From positions 238,147 through 270,146 of the forward strand of contig JBBEBQ010000010.1 of NCBI GenBank assembly GCA_040882285.1: a stretch of DNA of 32,000 nucleotides, written 5' to 3'. Below the pieces are notes generated by a model that saw nothing but the letters and a program-made list of their open reading frames with translations, did no database searches and had not been told where the DNA came from. The position numbers were made by a program, and so were the translations under genes. Shown one piece after another: positions 1 through 7,793 of the stretch; the stretch's first letter is position 1; every line of letters begins with the position of its first letter. The DNA comes from Gemmatimonadaceae bacterium (GTDB lineage: Bacteria; Gemmatimonadota; Gemmatimonadetes; Gemmatimonadales; Gemmatimonadaceae).

Positions 1-5
1 AGCGG

Positions 6-1016
6 ATGTGGCTTGTGCATGTGGTTGGGAGATCGCTCTCACTCGACACGGGGTTGGCCGCGCACAAATTATCGGGAGTGGCGCATACACGCTCGCTGTT
101 TCTGACCGCCGGAGTCGCCGTGGCGCTCCTGACCGGTTGCGGGGAGCGCGAGCCGGAGCCGCGCCCGCCCGAGCCGCAGCCGCCGGCGGTCGTTCCGTCC
201 CCGCCGGTAGCCCAGCTGACCGGCTGGCCCGCTGGACTTGGACGTGCTTTCGTACTGCGTCTCAGCTCGTCGGAGGAGTCTTATCGGCTGATCGTTCCGG
301 AGCTCGGCGACACGCGCTTCGCGGACAGCTCCATTTCCGTGAAGGTGGGCGATTCGCTGCCGGTTATCCTGGTTGGCCGGCGCGGCAACGCCGGAGAGGC
401 CGTGCTCAGCGTGGTAGACGCGGAAGCCGGCACGGGGGCGTGTGTTACATGGCCCGCAGTGGAGATCGCCGGTAGGAGCGTCGGGCAGCGAGCCGGGTCC
501 GGCGCGTGGCGCGTGGCGATGGAGCGTGACTCGGTCACGCCGGTGGTCATCGACACTCTCCTTGGAATGCGATCCGAGGACTCGGCAAGTCTCACCCGCG
601 CCATCTACTCCCTGGCGGCCGACGTTACCGAGCTCACGGATTCTACCCTGCGCGGAATTCCGTTTGCGATACGCCGCGCGTACGCTCTTCCGGCCGGCGG
701 TATCTCGATCGTCGCCGCCGAGCTCGTTCGCACCTCGCGCTCGGAGGCCGATCCACGGGAGCAGCGGCTGTTCCTCGTCGGCGAACGGACGGGTGATCAA
801 CAGGCGCATCAGCTGGCCTTCTCCAGCGACATGACCGGCCGCGCGGACAACACCCCGGTGACGGAGCTTCTTGTCGCGGTGGTGTCACGGCAACCGCGCA
901 GGCCCATCCTCGTGCTCGGCGTCGAGGGCACCGAGGGCATGCGGGTTCACCTGCTGCAGCGCGTCGGCCGGCGGCAGTGGCGCAGATCGTGGACGAGCGT
1001 CGTGAGGTTCTGCTGA
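6..1016 (+). CDS. Hypothetical secreted lipoprotein (no family recognised)
   Basis: 336-aa ORF. A hydrophobic N-terminal segment ends in a lipobox-like L-T-G-C (AVALLTGCGEREPEP), followed by a Pro-rich linker. The true start is probably internal (for example GTG at 78, VAHTRSLFLTAG...). Confidence 0.5.
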   Translation: MWLVHVVGRSLSLDTGLAAHKLSGVAHTRSLFLTAGVAVALLTGCGEREPEPRPPEPQPPAVVPSPPVAQLTGWPAGLGRAFVLRLSSSEESYRLIVPELGDTRFADSSISVKVGDSLPVILVGRRGNAGEAVLSVVDAEAGTGACVTWPAVEIAGRSVGQRAGSGAWRVAMERDSVTPVVIDTLLGMRSEDSASLTRAIYSLAADVTELTDSTLRGIPFAIRRAYALPAGGISIVAAELVRTSRSEADPREQRLFLVGERTGDQQAHQLAFSSDMTGRADNTPVTELLVAVVSRQPRRPILVLGVEGTEGMRVHLLQRVGRRQWRRSWTSVVRFC

Positions 1017-1137
1017 TCCGCTTGTAGTCGACCAATTCCGATGACGGTCACCTGTGATTGCAGATTGAGGCCGCAAAGTCCTCAGTCCGAAGTCGTAAAC
1101 AACATCACCATTCTGACCCACGACAGCTGCCGCTCGT

Positions 1138-1917
1138 TCAGAGTCCCGTAGGGTGTTGCAGGAAAGTCCAGGGGAGCGAGAACTTTTCGCTCACGTGCTC
1201 CGCGAGCGCGCGCACACCGAGCGTCTCGGTCGCGTAGTGACCGGCGTATAGAATCGCGAGCCCGCTGTCGGCGGCGCTCACCGCCGTCCAGTGCGCGCCC
1301 TCTCCCACTATCAGCGTATCGATCTCCTGCTCGGCGGCCTCGCGTAACGTTTCACTCGACGCGCCCGCGCCTGTGCAGATCGCCCACCTGCGGGTTCGAT
1401 GTCCGCTCGCAATCGGCGTTGTGCGCAGAGTGCCGCCGTGCTTCTCGGAAAAAGACGCGGCGCGCAGCGCGAGCTCCGCGGTGTCGATGTCGGCTTCGCC
1501 GCGCACGCCGATGTCGATCGTCTGAAAGCGGGCGAACCCGCCCGAAGGCTCAAGCCCGAGCTCGCCGGCCAGCAGGACGTTGTTCCCGAGCTTGTCGTGC
1601 CGGTCCAGTGGGAGGTGCGACGAGTACACGGCCAGGTCGCCCGCGATGAGCTGCTTCATCCGCTCGTAGGCCGTTCCTCTGACCGGTTCGAGCCCGCTCC
1701 AGAACATCCCGTGATGCACCAGCAGGAGTGTCGCCCCCTCGCGCACGGCACCGGCGACGGTCCGCGACGAAAAATCCACCGCTACGGCGATCTTCGACAC
1801 GGCGCCGCTGTTGGCGAGCTGGAGGCCGTTGACCGCGTTCGGGTAGTCGGGAGTGCTGTCTGTTTCGAGCAGGTCATCAAGGTGGCGAACCAGCTCGGAA
1901 AGCTTCGTGCCGGTCAT
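1138..1917 (-). CDS. Nif3-like dinuclear metal centre protein (YbgI / GTP cyclohydrolase 1 type 2 homologue family)
   Basis: 259 aa. It has the typical Nif3 N-terminus (LDDLL...DYPNAVNGLQL), an HHG motif (LLLVHHGMFW) and a C-terminal GHYATE motif. Confidence 0.85.
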   Translation of the reverse strand: MTGTKLSELVRHLDDLLETDSTPDYPNAVNGLQLANSGAVSKIAVAVDFSSRTVAGAVREGATLLLVHHGMFWSGLEPVRGTAYERMKQLIAGDLAVYSSHLPLDRHDKLGNNVLLAGELGLEPSGGFARFQTIDIGVRGEADIDTAELALRAASFSEKHGGTLRTTPIASGHRTRRWAICTGAGASSETLREAAEQEIDTLIVGEGAHWTAVSAADSGLAILYAGHYATETLGVRALAEHVSEKFSLPWTFLQHPTGL

Positions 1918-2077
1918 TTCGCTTCGCCGGGCATATCACAAATATGCGGGAAAGTACTATGTGTTTGCGACCGATTCGCGATCCCACATCGCTGTGGAGA
2001 AGCTGTGGGCCAACACGAAGTAGGAAAGACTAAATCATTATGAGGCATTCAGTTGCGAAACTTGTGGAAATGCCCGG

Positions 2078-2977
2078 CTACAACAGCTCTTCGGTGCGAA
2101 CGCCCACAGCTTCCAGGATTCGCTCGAAATCCTCATGGGAGTAAAAGTGGATCGTCAGCTCCCCGCGGCCCTTGTCGTCGGCTGAGATTTTCACGTCGGT
2201 CTGCAGCTGTTTCCGGAGCTTGTCCTCGACGCTTTTCGTGAACGCCGAGCCGGCGTTCCGGGGTTCCTTTTTTTGTCTTTTTGGACGCTTCGTCGCCGTC
2301 CGGACGGTGGACTCGACGTCGCGTACGTTGAGCTGCCTGTCGACGATGTTGCGCGCCGCGGCGAGGATCTCCGCGTCGTCCTTGAGCGCGAGCAGCGCGC
2401 GCACATGTCCTGCCGTCAACTGCCCCGATTGGACCATCTCGCGGACTGCCTGGGGGAGGTCCAGCAGGCGCAGCAGGTTGGCGACGGTCGGACGACTCTT
2501 GCCGACGAGCTCCGCTACCTGTGCCTGGGTCATCCCGAAATCCACCGTCAGGCGCTTGTACCCTTCCGCCTCCTCGATCGGATTGAGATCTGCGCGCTGC
2601 AGATTCTCGATGAGCGCGAGCGCGAGGAGCGTCGAGTCGTCCACGTCCTTGACGAGCGCCGGGATGTCCTTCCAGCCGAGTGCGATGGCCGCGCGGAACC
2701 GTCGCTCGCCCGCGATCAGCTCGTAACCGCGGCCTGCCTGCGACGTTCGCACCGTCACCGGCTGCAACATCCCGTGGGCGCTGAGACTCTGCTGGAGCTC
2801 GGCCAGCTCCTGGGGCGCGAACTCCTTGCGTGGCTGCAGAGGGTTCGGCTGAATGTCGGAGATCGCGATCCTGCGTAGTCCATCGGCTGCGGACTGCTCC
2901 CGGGAGGCGGATCCGAGGAGGGCGTCGAGTCCCCTGCCGAGTCTGCGTCCGGGCTTTTCAGTCGCCACGCTTCGCAC
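2078..2977 (-). CDS. parB: Chromosome partitioning protein ParB (CTP-dependent parS-binding clamp)
   Basis: Motifs seen: RGLDALLG, the GERRFRAA arginine patch, an HTH region (TQAQVAELVGKSRPTVANLLRLL) and ENLQRADLNPIEEA. The ORF-track ATG at 3136 lies deep inside parA. In-frame GTG codons at 2977 or 2968, just before VATEKPGRRLGRGLD, are more plausible starts, so the start is uncertain by about 10 nt. Confidence 0.9.
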   Translation of the reverse strand: MRSVATEKPGRRLGRGLDALLGSASREQSAADGLRRIAISDIQPNPLQPRKEFAPQELAELQQSLSAHGMLQPVTVRTSQAGRGYELIAGERRFRAAIALGWKDIPALVKDVDDSTLLALALIENLQRADLNPIEEAEGYKRLTVDFGMTQAQVAELVGKSRPTVANLLRLLDLPQAVREMVQSGQLTAGHVRALLALKDDAEILAAARNIVDRQLNVRDVESTVRTATKRPKRQKKEPRNAGSAFTKSVEDKLRKQLQTDVKISADDKGRGELTIHFYSHEDFERILEAVGVRTEELL

Positions 2978-3785
2978 CCTCCAGCTGGCGTCCGACCTTC
3001 GCTTCCTGCTTGTCGGTCTGCTCGGTCCGCTTGACCAGCTCTTCGGCGGCGGCGAGATACGCCTGCGCGCCGGCTGACGCGATGTCGTACAGGATGATCG
3101 GCTTTCCGAAGCTCGGGGCTTCGGCGAGGCGGACATTGCGCGGAATGACGGTCTGGAAGACCTTAGCGCCGAAATACTCGCGCGCCTCCGTCGCGACCTG
3201 GCGGGAGAGATTCAGCCGTGCGTCGTACATGGTGAGGATCACGCCGTCGATCGCGAGGTTTTCGTTGATGCCGTGCTGCACCCGGTGCACGGTGTTCAGC
3301 AGCTGCGAGATCCCCTCGAGCGCGTAGTACTCGCACTGCAGAGGAATCAGCAGGCCGTCGGCCGCGGCGAGCATGTTGACGGTGAGAAGTCCCAGCGCCG
3401 GCGGACAGTCGATGAGGATGAAGTCGTACTCGTCGCGCACTTCCTCGACCGCGGTCCGCAGACATTGCTCGCGTCGCGGGCGGTCGATGAGTTCGACCTC
3501 CGCGCCGGCGAGATCGGGAGTTGCCGGCACGACGTCGAGGTGTTTGAGCGCAACGCTTCGATGCCGGACGTTGGCAATAGATGTCGCACCCAGGAGGACT
3601 TCGTACAGGGTGCTTTCGATGTCCGCGCGCTCGACGCCGATCCCGCTCGTGGCGTTCGCCTGTGGATCACCGTCGATGAGCAGCGTGCGATGCTCGGCAG
3701 CGGCCAGACTGGCTGCGAGGTTTACGGCCGATGTGGTCTTTCCAACCCCACCTTTCTGGTTCGCGACTGCGATAATTCTGCCCAC
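2958..3785 (-). CDS. parA: Chromosome partitioning ATPase ParA/Soj
   Basis: 275 aa with a deviant Walker A (KGGVGKTT) in MGRIIAVANQKGGVGKTTSAVNLAASLA and ParA-type LLIDGDPQANAT. It sits immediately upstream of parB and overlaps it. Confidence 0.93.
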   Translation of the reverse strand: MGRIIAVANQKGGVGKTTSAVNLAASLAAAEHRTLLIDGDPQANATSGIGVERADIESTLYEVLLGATSIANVRHRSVALKHLDVVPATPDLAGAEVELIDRPRREQCLRTAVEEVRDEYDFILIDCPPALGLLTVNMLAAADGLLIPLQCEYYALEGISQLLNTVHRVQHGINENLAIDGVILTMYDARLNLSRQVATEAREYFGAKVFQTVIPRNVRLAEAPSFGKPIILYDIASAGAQAYLAAAEELVKRTEQTDKQEAKVGRQLEGAKRGD

Positions 3786-3854
3786 GGCGTCCTGATAGGA
3801 GTTAGCGGGCCAATATAGAGGCGGGGCGCCCCGATTGTAGCCGTGTTGTGGGGC

Positions 3855-3870
3855 TGTTTCACGTGGAACG
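3855..3870. promoter_or_regulatory. parS centromere-like site 1 (TGTTTCACGTGGAACG)
   Basis: 15/16 match to the canonical parS consensus TGTTNCACGTGAAACA when read on the opposite strand. It lies 70 nt upstream of the parA start. Confidence 0.85.
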
Positions 3871-3880
3871 CCGATATAGA

Positions 3881-3896
3881 CGTTCCACGTGAAACA
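3881..3896. promoter_or_regulatory. parS centromere-like site 2 (CGTTCCACGTGAAACA)
   Basis: 15/16 match to TGTTNCACGTGAAACA. It is the exact reverse complement of site 1 and is separated from it by 10 bp (CCGATATAGA). Confidence 0.85.
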
Positions 3897-3902
3897 TTGT
3901 TG

Positions 3903-4640
3903 TTACCTGCCAGGCAGGAAGTACCACCTCGTGCTGACCTGGACCGTTAGAAGCTCGCTCCCAGGCTCGACCGGTGTGGGGGGAGGTGCCGCCATCTCCG
4001 CGGTTGCCCGCATCCTGACAACCCCGCCCATCGGGACCATGTAGGCGCCCACGCTCGCCTGGGCAAGGCTCCCCAGCGTCCCCCCAGCCGCGCGCGCGAT
4101 GATCTCCGCGTCCAGTCGCGCCTTCGCCACAGCTGCAGCGAGAGCCACACGCCGAGCTTCCTCGGTGTTGGAGGCGTAGAAATTCAGGGAGTTGATCATG
4201 TTCGCGCCGGCGCCGAGCGAGGCGTCGATGACCCGGCCAACCTGCTCTATCTGACGCACGTCCACAACGACGGTGTTGTGGACCATGTAGCCGATGACTT
4301 CCGGCCGGCGATTCTCGATGTGGCGGTACTCCGGATTCACCGAGTAATTCACGGTTGAGATCTGCTCTGCCCCGATCCCCAAGGCCTTGACGGCCGCGAT
4401 GACCCTCTGCGCGACGCGCGCGTTCTCGGCGCTCGCCGCCGCGGCCGTGGGCCCCTGAGTCTGGACGCCGATCTGGACGGTGGCCCTGTCCGGCGTAATT
4501 CGAGTGCTTCCTTGCGCAGAAACGCTAATAGATGGTTTTTCTGGCGCTCTACTGGCGTCCTGTTGGCCTTGTAATGGCGCAGCAATCGCGCTCAAACCCG
4601 CCAAAACGAGGGCTGACGAGGTGAGAAATCTGGCTAGCAT
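3903..4640 (-). CDS. SIMPL / DUF541 family periplasmic protein (26 kDa periplasmic immunogenic protein-like)
   Basis: The start was moved to the internal ATG at 4640 (MLARFLTSSALVLAGLSAIAAPLQGQ, a signal peptide). The body is typical of SIMPL (ISVSAQGSTRITPDRATVQIGVQT...; ...LTVQVSTRWYF). The upstream 148 aa of the track ORF are Arg/Gly-rich noise. Confidence 0.8.
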   Translation of the reverse strand: MLARFLTSSALVLAGLSAIAAPLQGQQDASRAPEKPSISVSAQGSTRITPDRATVQIGVQTQGPTAAAASAENARVAQRVIAAVKALGIGAEQISTVNYSVNPEYRHIENRRPEVIGYMVHNTVVVDVRQIEQVGRVIDASLGAGANMINSLNFYASNTEEARRVALAAAVAKARLDAEIIARAAGGTLGSLAQASVGAYMVPMGGVVRMRATAEMAAPPPTPVEPGSELLTVQVSTRWYFLPGR

Positions 4641-4829
4641 GAAGAAACGCTCCTTTCTGGAAGTGTGGGACGGGATCAGCGCTGCGTACTGCGTGAAGCA
4701 GCGGGAGCAAATGCGCTGGCTGATGCCGTTCCTGTTATGACGCTGTCTTCTCAAAAACATGCACACCGCGCCTCCCGTTCGAGTAAAGCTGCACAAAGGA
4801 CGCCGAAGTCCGCCGTTTAGCTTGTCGCG

Positions 4830-5795
4830 ATGCAAACGCCGCACGTGCCCCACATCCCCGCTTCGACGGCCAGAGCCACGCTGCTCGTGCTGCTGTCCGC
4901 GGTCAGCTTCGGATCGATCTCGATTCTGACCATCTTCGCCGTTCGCGAAGAGATGACCATTCTGAACCTCGTCTTCTGGCGCTTTCTCTTCGCCGCGCTC
5001 GCGCTGTTCGTGATTGCGCACGCCCCCGTGCGCGCGCACTGGCGCGCCGGGATCGGACTGCTCGCCATCGGGGGTCTCATACAAGCAGCGTGTACGTACA
5101 TAAGCCTGTCAGCGCTGCGCTTCGTTCCGGCGAGCGTGGTAGCGTTTCTGTTCTTCACGTATCCCGCATGGCTCGCGCTCACCGGTGCCGCGCGCGGCAC
5201 CGATCCGCTGACACCCAGGCGCGGCGGAATCCTGCTGCTGGCGATGACTGGAGTCGCTCTCATGATCGGCATACCAGGCGTGGGCGCCGGCACGCACCTC
5301 AACCCTGTGGGAATCGTGCTCGGCCTCACCGCGGCGCTGCTGTATTCCACCTATCTGCCGATCGTCAATCATCTGCAGCGCGCGATACCGCCGATCGCCG
5401 CTTCGTTCTACATCATCCTCGGTGCGCTGCTCACGTTCTTTGTCGCCGGCGTCGCGGCCTCGCGTCCGTGGCTGCCAGACGCGGCCATGCTGGGCGCGCT
5501 CGCCGCACCACCAACGACCTTCGCCTGGATCTATGTGCTCCTGCTCGCGTTCGTGTCCACGGTGATCGCGTTCCTGGCGCTGCTGGCCGGCCTCAAGATT
5601 CTCGGCGCCGCGCGCACGAGCATCATCGCCACCGCCGAGCCGTTCTTCACGACTCTGCTCGCGATCGCGCTTCTCGGCGAGCGGCTGCGCTGGACGACAC
5701 TGGTCGGTGGAGCCTGCATCGCCGCGGCGGTCCTCGCGATAGCTGTAGAGCGGCAGAGCGTGACAGCCAAGCAGTCACTAGTCACTAGCCACTAG
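4830..5795 (+). CDS. EamA/DMT-superfamily permease (about 10 TM)
   Basis: 321 aa, hydrophobic throughout, with a duplicated EamA-like architecture (LLSAVSFGSISILTIFAV...; ...TAEPFFTTLLAIALLGERL). The last codons and the stop lie inside the heptamer repeat. Confidence 0.8.
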   Translation: MQTPHVPHIPASTARATLLVLLSAVSFGSISILTIFAVREEMTILNLVFWRFLFAALALFVIAHAPVRAHWRAGIGLLAIGGLIQAACTYISLSALRFVPASVVAFLFFTYPAWLALTGAARGTDPLTPRRGGILLLAMTGVALMIGIPGVGAGTHLNPVGIVLGLTAALLYSTYLPIVNHLQRAIPPIAASFYIILGALLTFFVAGVAASRPWLPDAAMLGALAAPPTTFAWIYVLLLAFVSTVIAFLALLAGLKILGAARTSIIATAEPFFTTLLAIALLGERLRWTTLVGGACIAAAVLAIAVERQSVTAKQSLVTSH

Positions 5796-5815
5796 TCACT
5801 AGTCACCAGTTACCA
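5774..5815. repeat. Tandem heptamer array: GTCACTA GTCACTA GCCACTA GTCACTA GTCACCA GTTACCA
   Basis: Read directly from the sequence: six consecutive 7-nt units. The array contains the stop of the EamA gene (TAG 5793-5795) and the stop of mnmG on the other strand (5799-5801). Confidence 0.9.
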
Positions 5816-7736
5816 CGCCCCTCCGCCACCGCTCGACCTCGATCACGAGGTTCTGCAGATCGCTCGGATTCACTCCCGGTATCCGCGATGCCTGCGCCAG
5901 CGTGCGCGGCCGGACGTGCGCCAGCTTTTGCCGCGCCTCGAACGAGAGCATCGTCATCTCGTCGTAGGGAAGATCGGCTTCAAGCTTCATCTCCCCCATG
6001 CGTGACATGCGGTCCGCGTGCGCCCGCTCGCGCTCGAAGTAGCCGGCGTACTTGATCTCCAGCTCCGCGCTCAGCACCGAGTCGGCCCCGAGCTCCGTTC
6101 CCGCTCCGACGGCGGCGAACAGCGCCGACAGCGCGACACCGTTCCTCTTCGCCACTTCGCTGATCTTCATTGCGTGCTTGAGCGGCGTCCCGCCCGCGCG
6201 GAGCAGCACCGGGTCGGCTTGCTCGGGGCGGATGCTGCCGCTCTCGGCCGCGGCTATCGCGCCGCGAACCTCTCCCACGCGCCGCTCGGCTATCGCGCGC
6301 TCGTCGTCGGTGTACAGGGCGAGCCGGATCGCGATCGGCGAGAGGCGCTGCAGCGCGTTGTCCTGCCGCACCGTCAGGCGAAACTCCGAGCGCGAAGTGA
6401 ACAGGCGATACGGCTCGTCCACGCCCCGCGTGACAAGGTCGTCTACCAGCACGCCGATGTACGAGGTCTCCCGACCCAGCACCAGCGGCTCGCGATCCAA
6501 CACGCGCAGCGCCGCGTTCGCGCCGGCGACGAGCCCCTGTCCCGCCGCTTCCTCGTATCCGGTCGTGCCGTTGATCTGTCCCGCGAAGAACAACCCCGGC
6601 ATGGCCTTTACCTGGAGCGTCTGGTCGAGCTGCGTCGGTGGATAGTAGTCGTACTCGATCGCGTAGCCCGCGCGGTTCATCCGGACCCGCTCGAGCCCGG
6701 GAATCGACCGCAGGATCTCGAGCTGTACCGGCGCAGGCAGCGACGTCGACAGCCCGTTCACGTATAGCTCCGCCGTCTCGTGTCCCTCGGGCTCGAGGAA
6801 AAGCTGGTGACTCTCGGCCGCGGGAAACTTCACGATCTTGTCCTCGACGGACGGGCAGTACCGTGGCCCGCGCGACGCGATCGCGCCGCCATACATCGCC
6901 GACTGCTCGATGTTGCGGGTGATGATCTCCTTGCCGGCGGCGCCGAGGTGCGTGATCCAGCAGGGAAGCTGCGGCGGATGACGCGTGGCCCCGTTCGACA
7001 CGCGCGGCTCGGTCCAGAAATGCGACCATGAGTAGTCGAACTGATCGATCTCGCTCTCCTGGATCGCGAGCGAGCTGAAATCCACGGTGCGTCCGTCGAT
7101 GCGCGGCGGAGTTCCCGTCTTGAAGCGCGCGACCTGAAGGCCCGCGCTCTCCAACTGCTCGGCGAGATGCGTGGTCGCTGCGTCGCCCGCGCGGCCGCCG
7201 GAGATCTGCGTGGTCGTTCCGATGTGCATGCGCCCGCGCAGGAACGTACCGGTGGTGATCACGACCGTCTTCGCGCCGAAGCGGCGGCCTTCGAGCGTCT
7301 CGACTCCGCGGACCGAGTCGCCGTCCATGAGCAACCGCGCGACGGTGCCCTGGATGGTTTGCAGGCCGGCGTGCCGCTCGAGCAGCGAGCGCGCCGCGCG
7401 GCGGTACAGGCCGCGGTCGCATTGCGCGCGCGGAGACCATACGGCCGGTCCTTTGCCGCGATTCAACATCCGGAACTGGAGCGTGGAGAGATCCGTCGCG
7501 CGTCCCATGATCCCGCCGAGCGCGTCCACTTCGCGCACCACCGTGCCTTTGGCCACGCCGCCGATCGCGGGGTTGCACGACATCTGGCCGATCGTCTCGA
7601 GCGCGCTGGTGACTAGTCCGACAGTTGCGCCGAGGCGAGCCGCCGCGACCGCCGCCTCGGTGCCGGCGTGGCCCGCGCCCACGACGAGGACGTCGAAGTT
7701 CTGTTCCGTCATGGGATTGGTGCGCGCTGCCGCCAT
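5799..7736 (-). CDS. mnmG: tRNA uridine 5-carboxymethylaminomethyl modification enzyme MnmG (GidA)
   Basis: 645 aa. It has an N-terminal FAD fold (FDVLVVGAGHAGTEAA) plus MSCNPAIGG, GPRYCPSIED-like (GPRYCPSVEDK), FFAGQINGTTGYEEAA, and the C-terminal helical domain. The start could instead be ATG 7712 (MTEQNFDV). Confidence 0.95.
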   Translation of the reverse strand: MAAARTNPMTEQNFDVLVVGAGHAGTEAAVAAARLGATVGLVTSALETIGQMSCNPAIGGVAKGTVVREVDALGGIMGRATDLSTLQFRMLNRGKGPAVWSPRAQCDRGLYRRAARSLLERHAGLQTIQGTVARLLMDGDSVRGVETLEGRRFGAKTVVITTGTFLRGRMHIGTTTQISGGRAGDAATTHLAEQLESAGLQVARFKTGTPPRIDGRTVDFSSLAIQESEIDQFDYSWSHFWTEPRVSNGATRHPPQLPCWITHLGAAGKEIITRNIEQSAMYGGAIASRGPRYCPSVEDKIVKFPAAESHQLFLEPEGHETAELYVNGLSTSLPAPVQLEILRSIPGLERVRMNRAGYAIEYDYYPPTQLDQTLQVKAMPGLFFAGQINGTTGYEEAAGQGLVAGANAALRVLDREPLVLGRETSYIGVLVDDLVTRGVDEPYRLFTSRSEFRLTVRQDNALQRLSPIAIRLALYTDDERAIAERRVGEVRGAIAAAESGSIRPEQADPVLLRAGGTPLKHAMKISEVAKRNGVALSALFAAVGAGTELGADSVLSAELEIKYAGYFERERAHADRMSRMGEMKLEADLPYDEMTMLSFEARQKLAHVRPRTLAQASRIPGVNPSDLQNLVIEVERWRRGVVTGD

Positions 7737-7793
7737 GCGACGGAATCTAGGCGGTTTCGTATTTCGGTTTAGTGTCGTGAACTATCGCGCGTC

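Noticed and set aside
1925-2078. The 9-bp inverted repeat pair (GCCGGGCAT / ATGCCCGGC) as termini of a MITE-like insertion
   Set aside because: The arms do not extend beyond 9 bp, no target-site duplication was visible, and a 9-bp GC-rich match within 160 bp is not very improbable. It is kept only as a side note in the DnaA-box finding.
5980-7578. 532-aa ORF in an alternative frame of the same strand as mnmG
   Set aside because: Its composition is extreme Arg/Ala/Gly/Pro with no motifs. It lies wholly inside the well-supported MnmG frame, which is a typical high-GC open-frame artefact.
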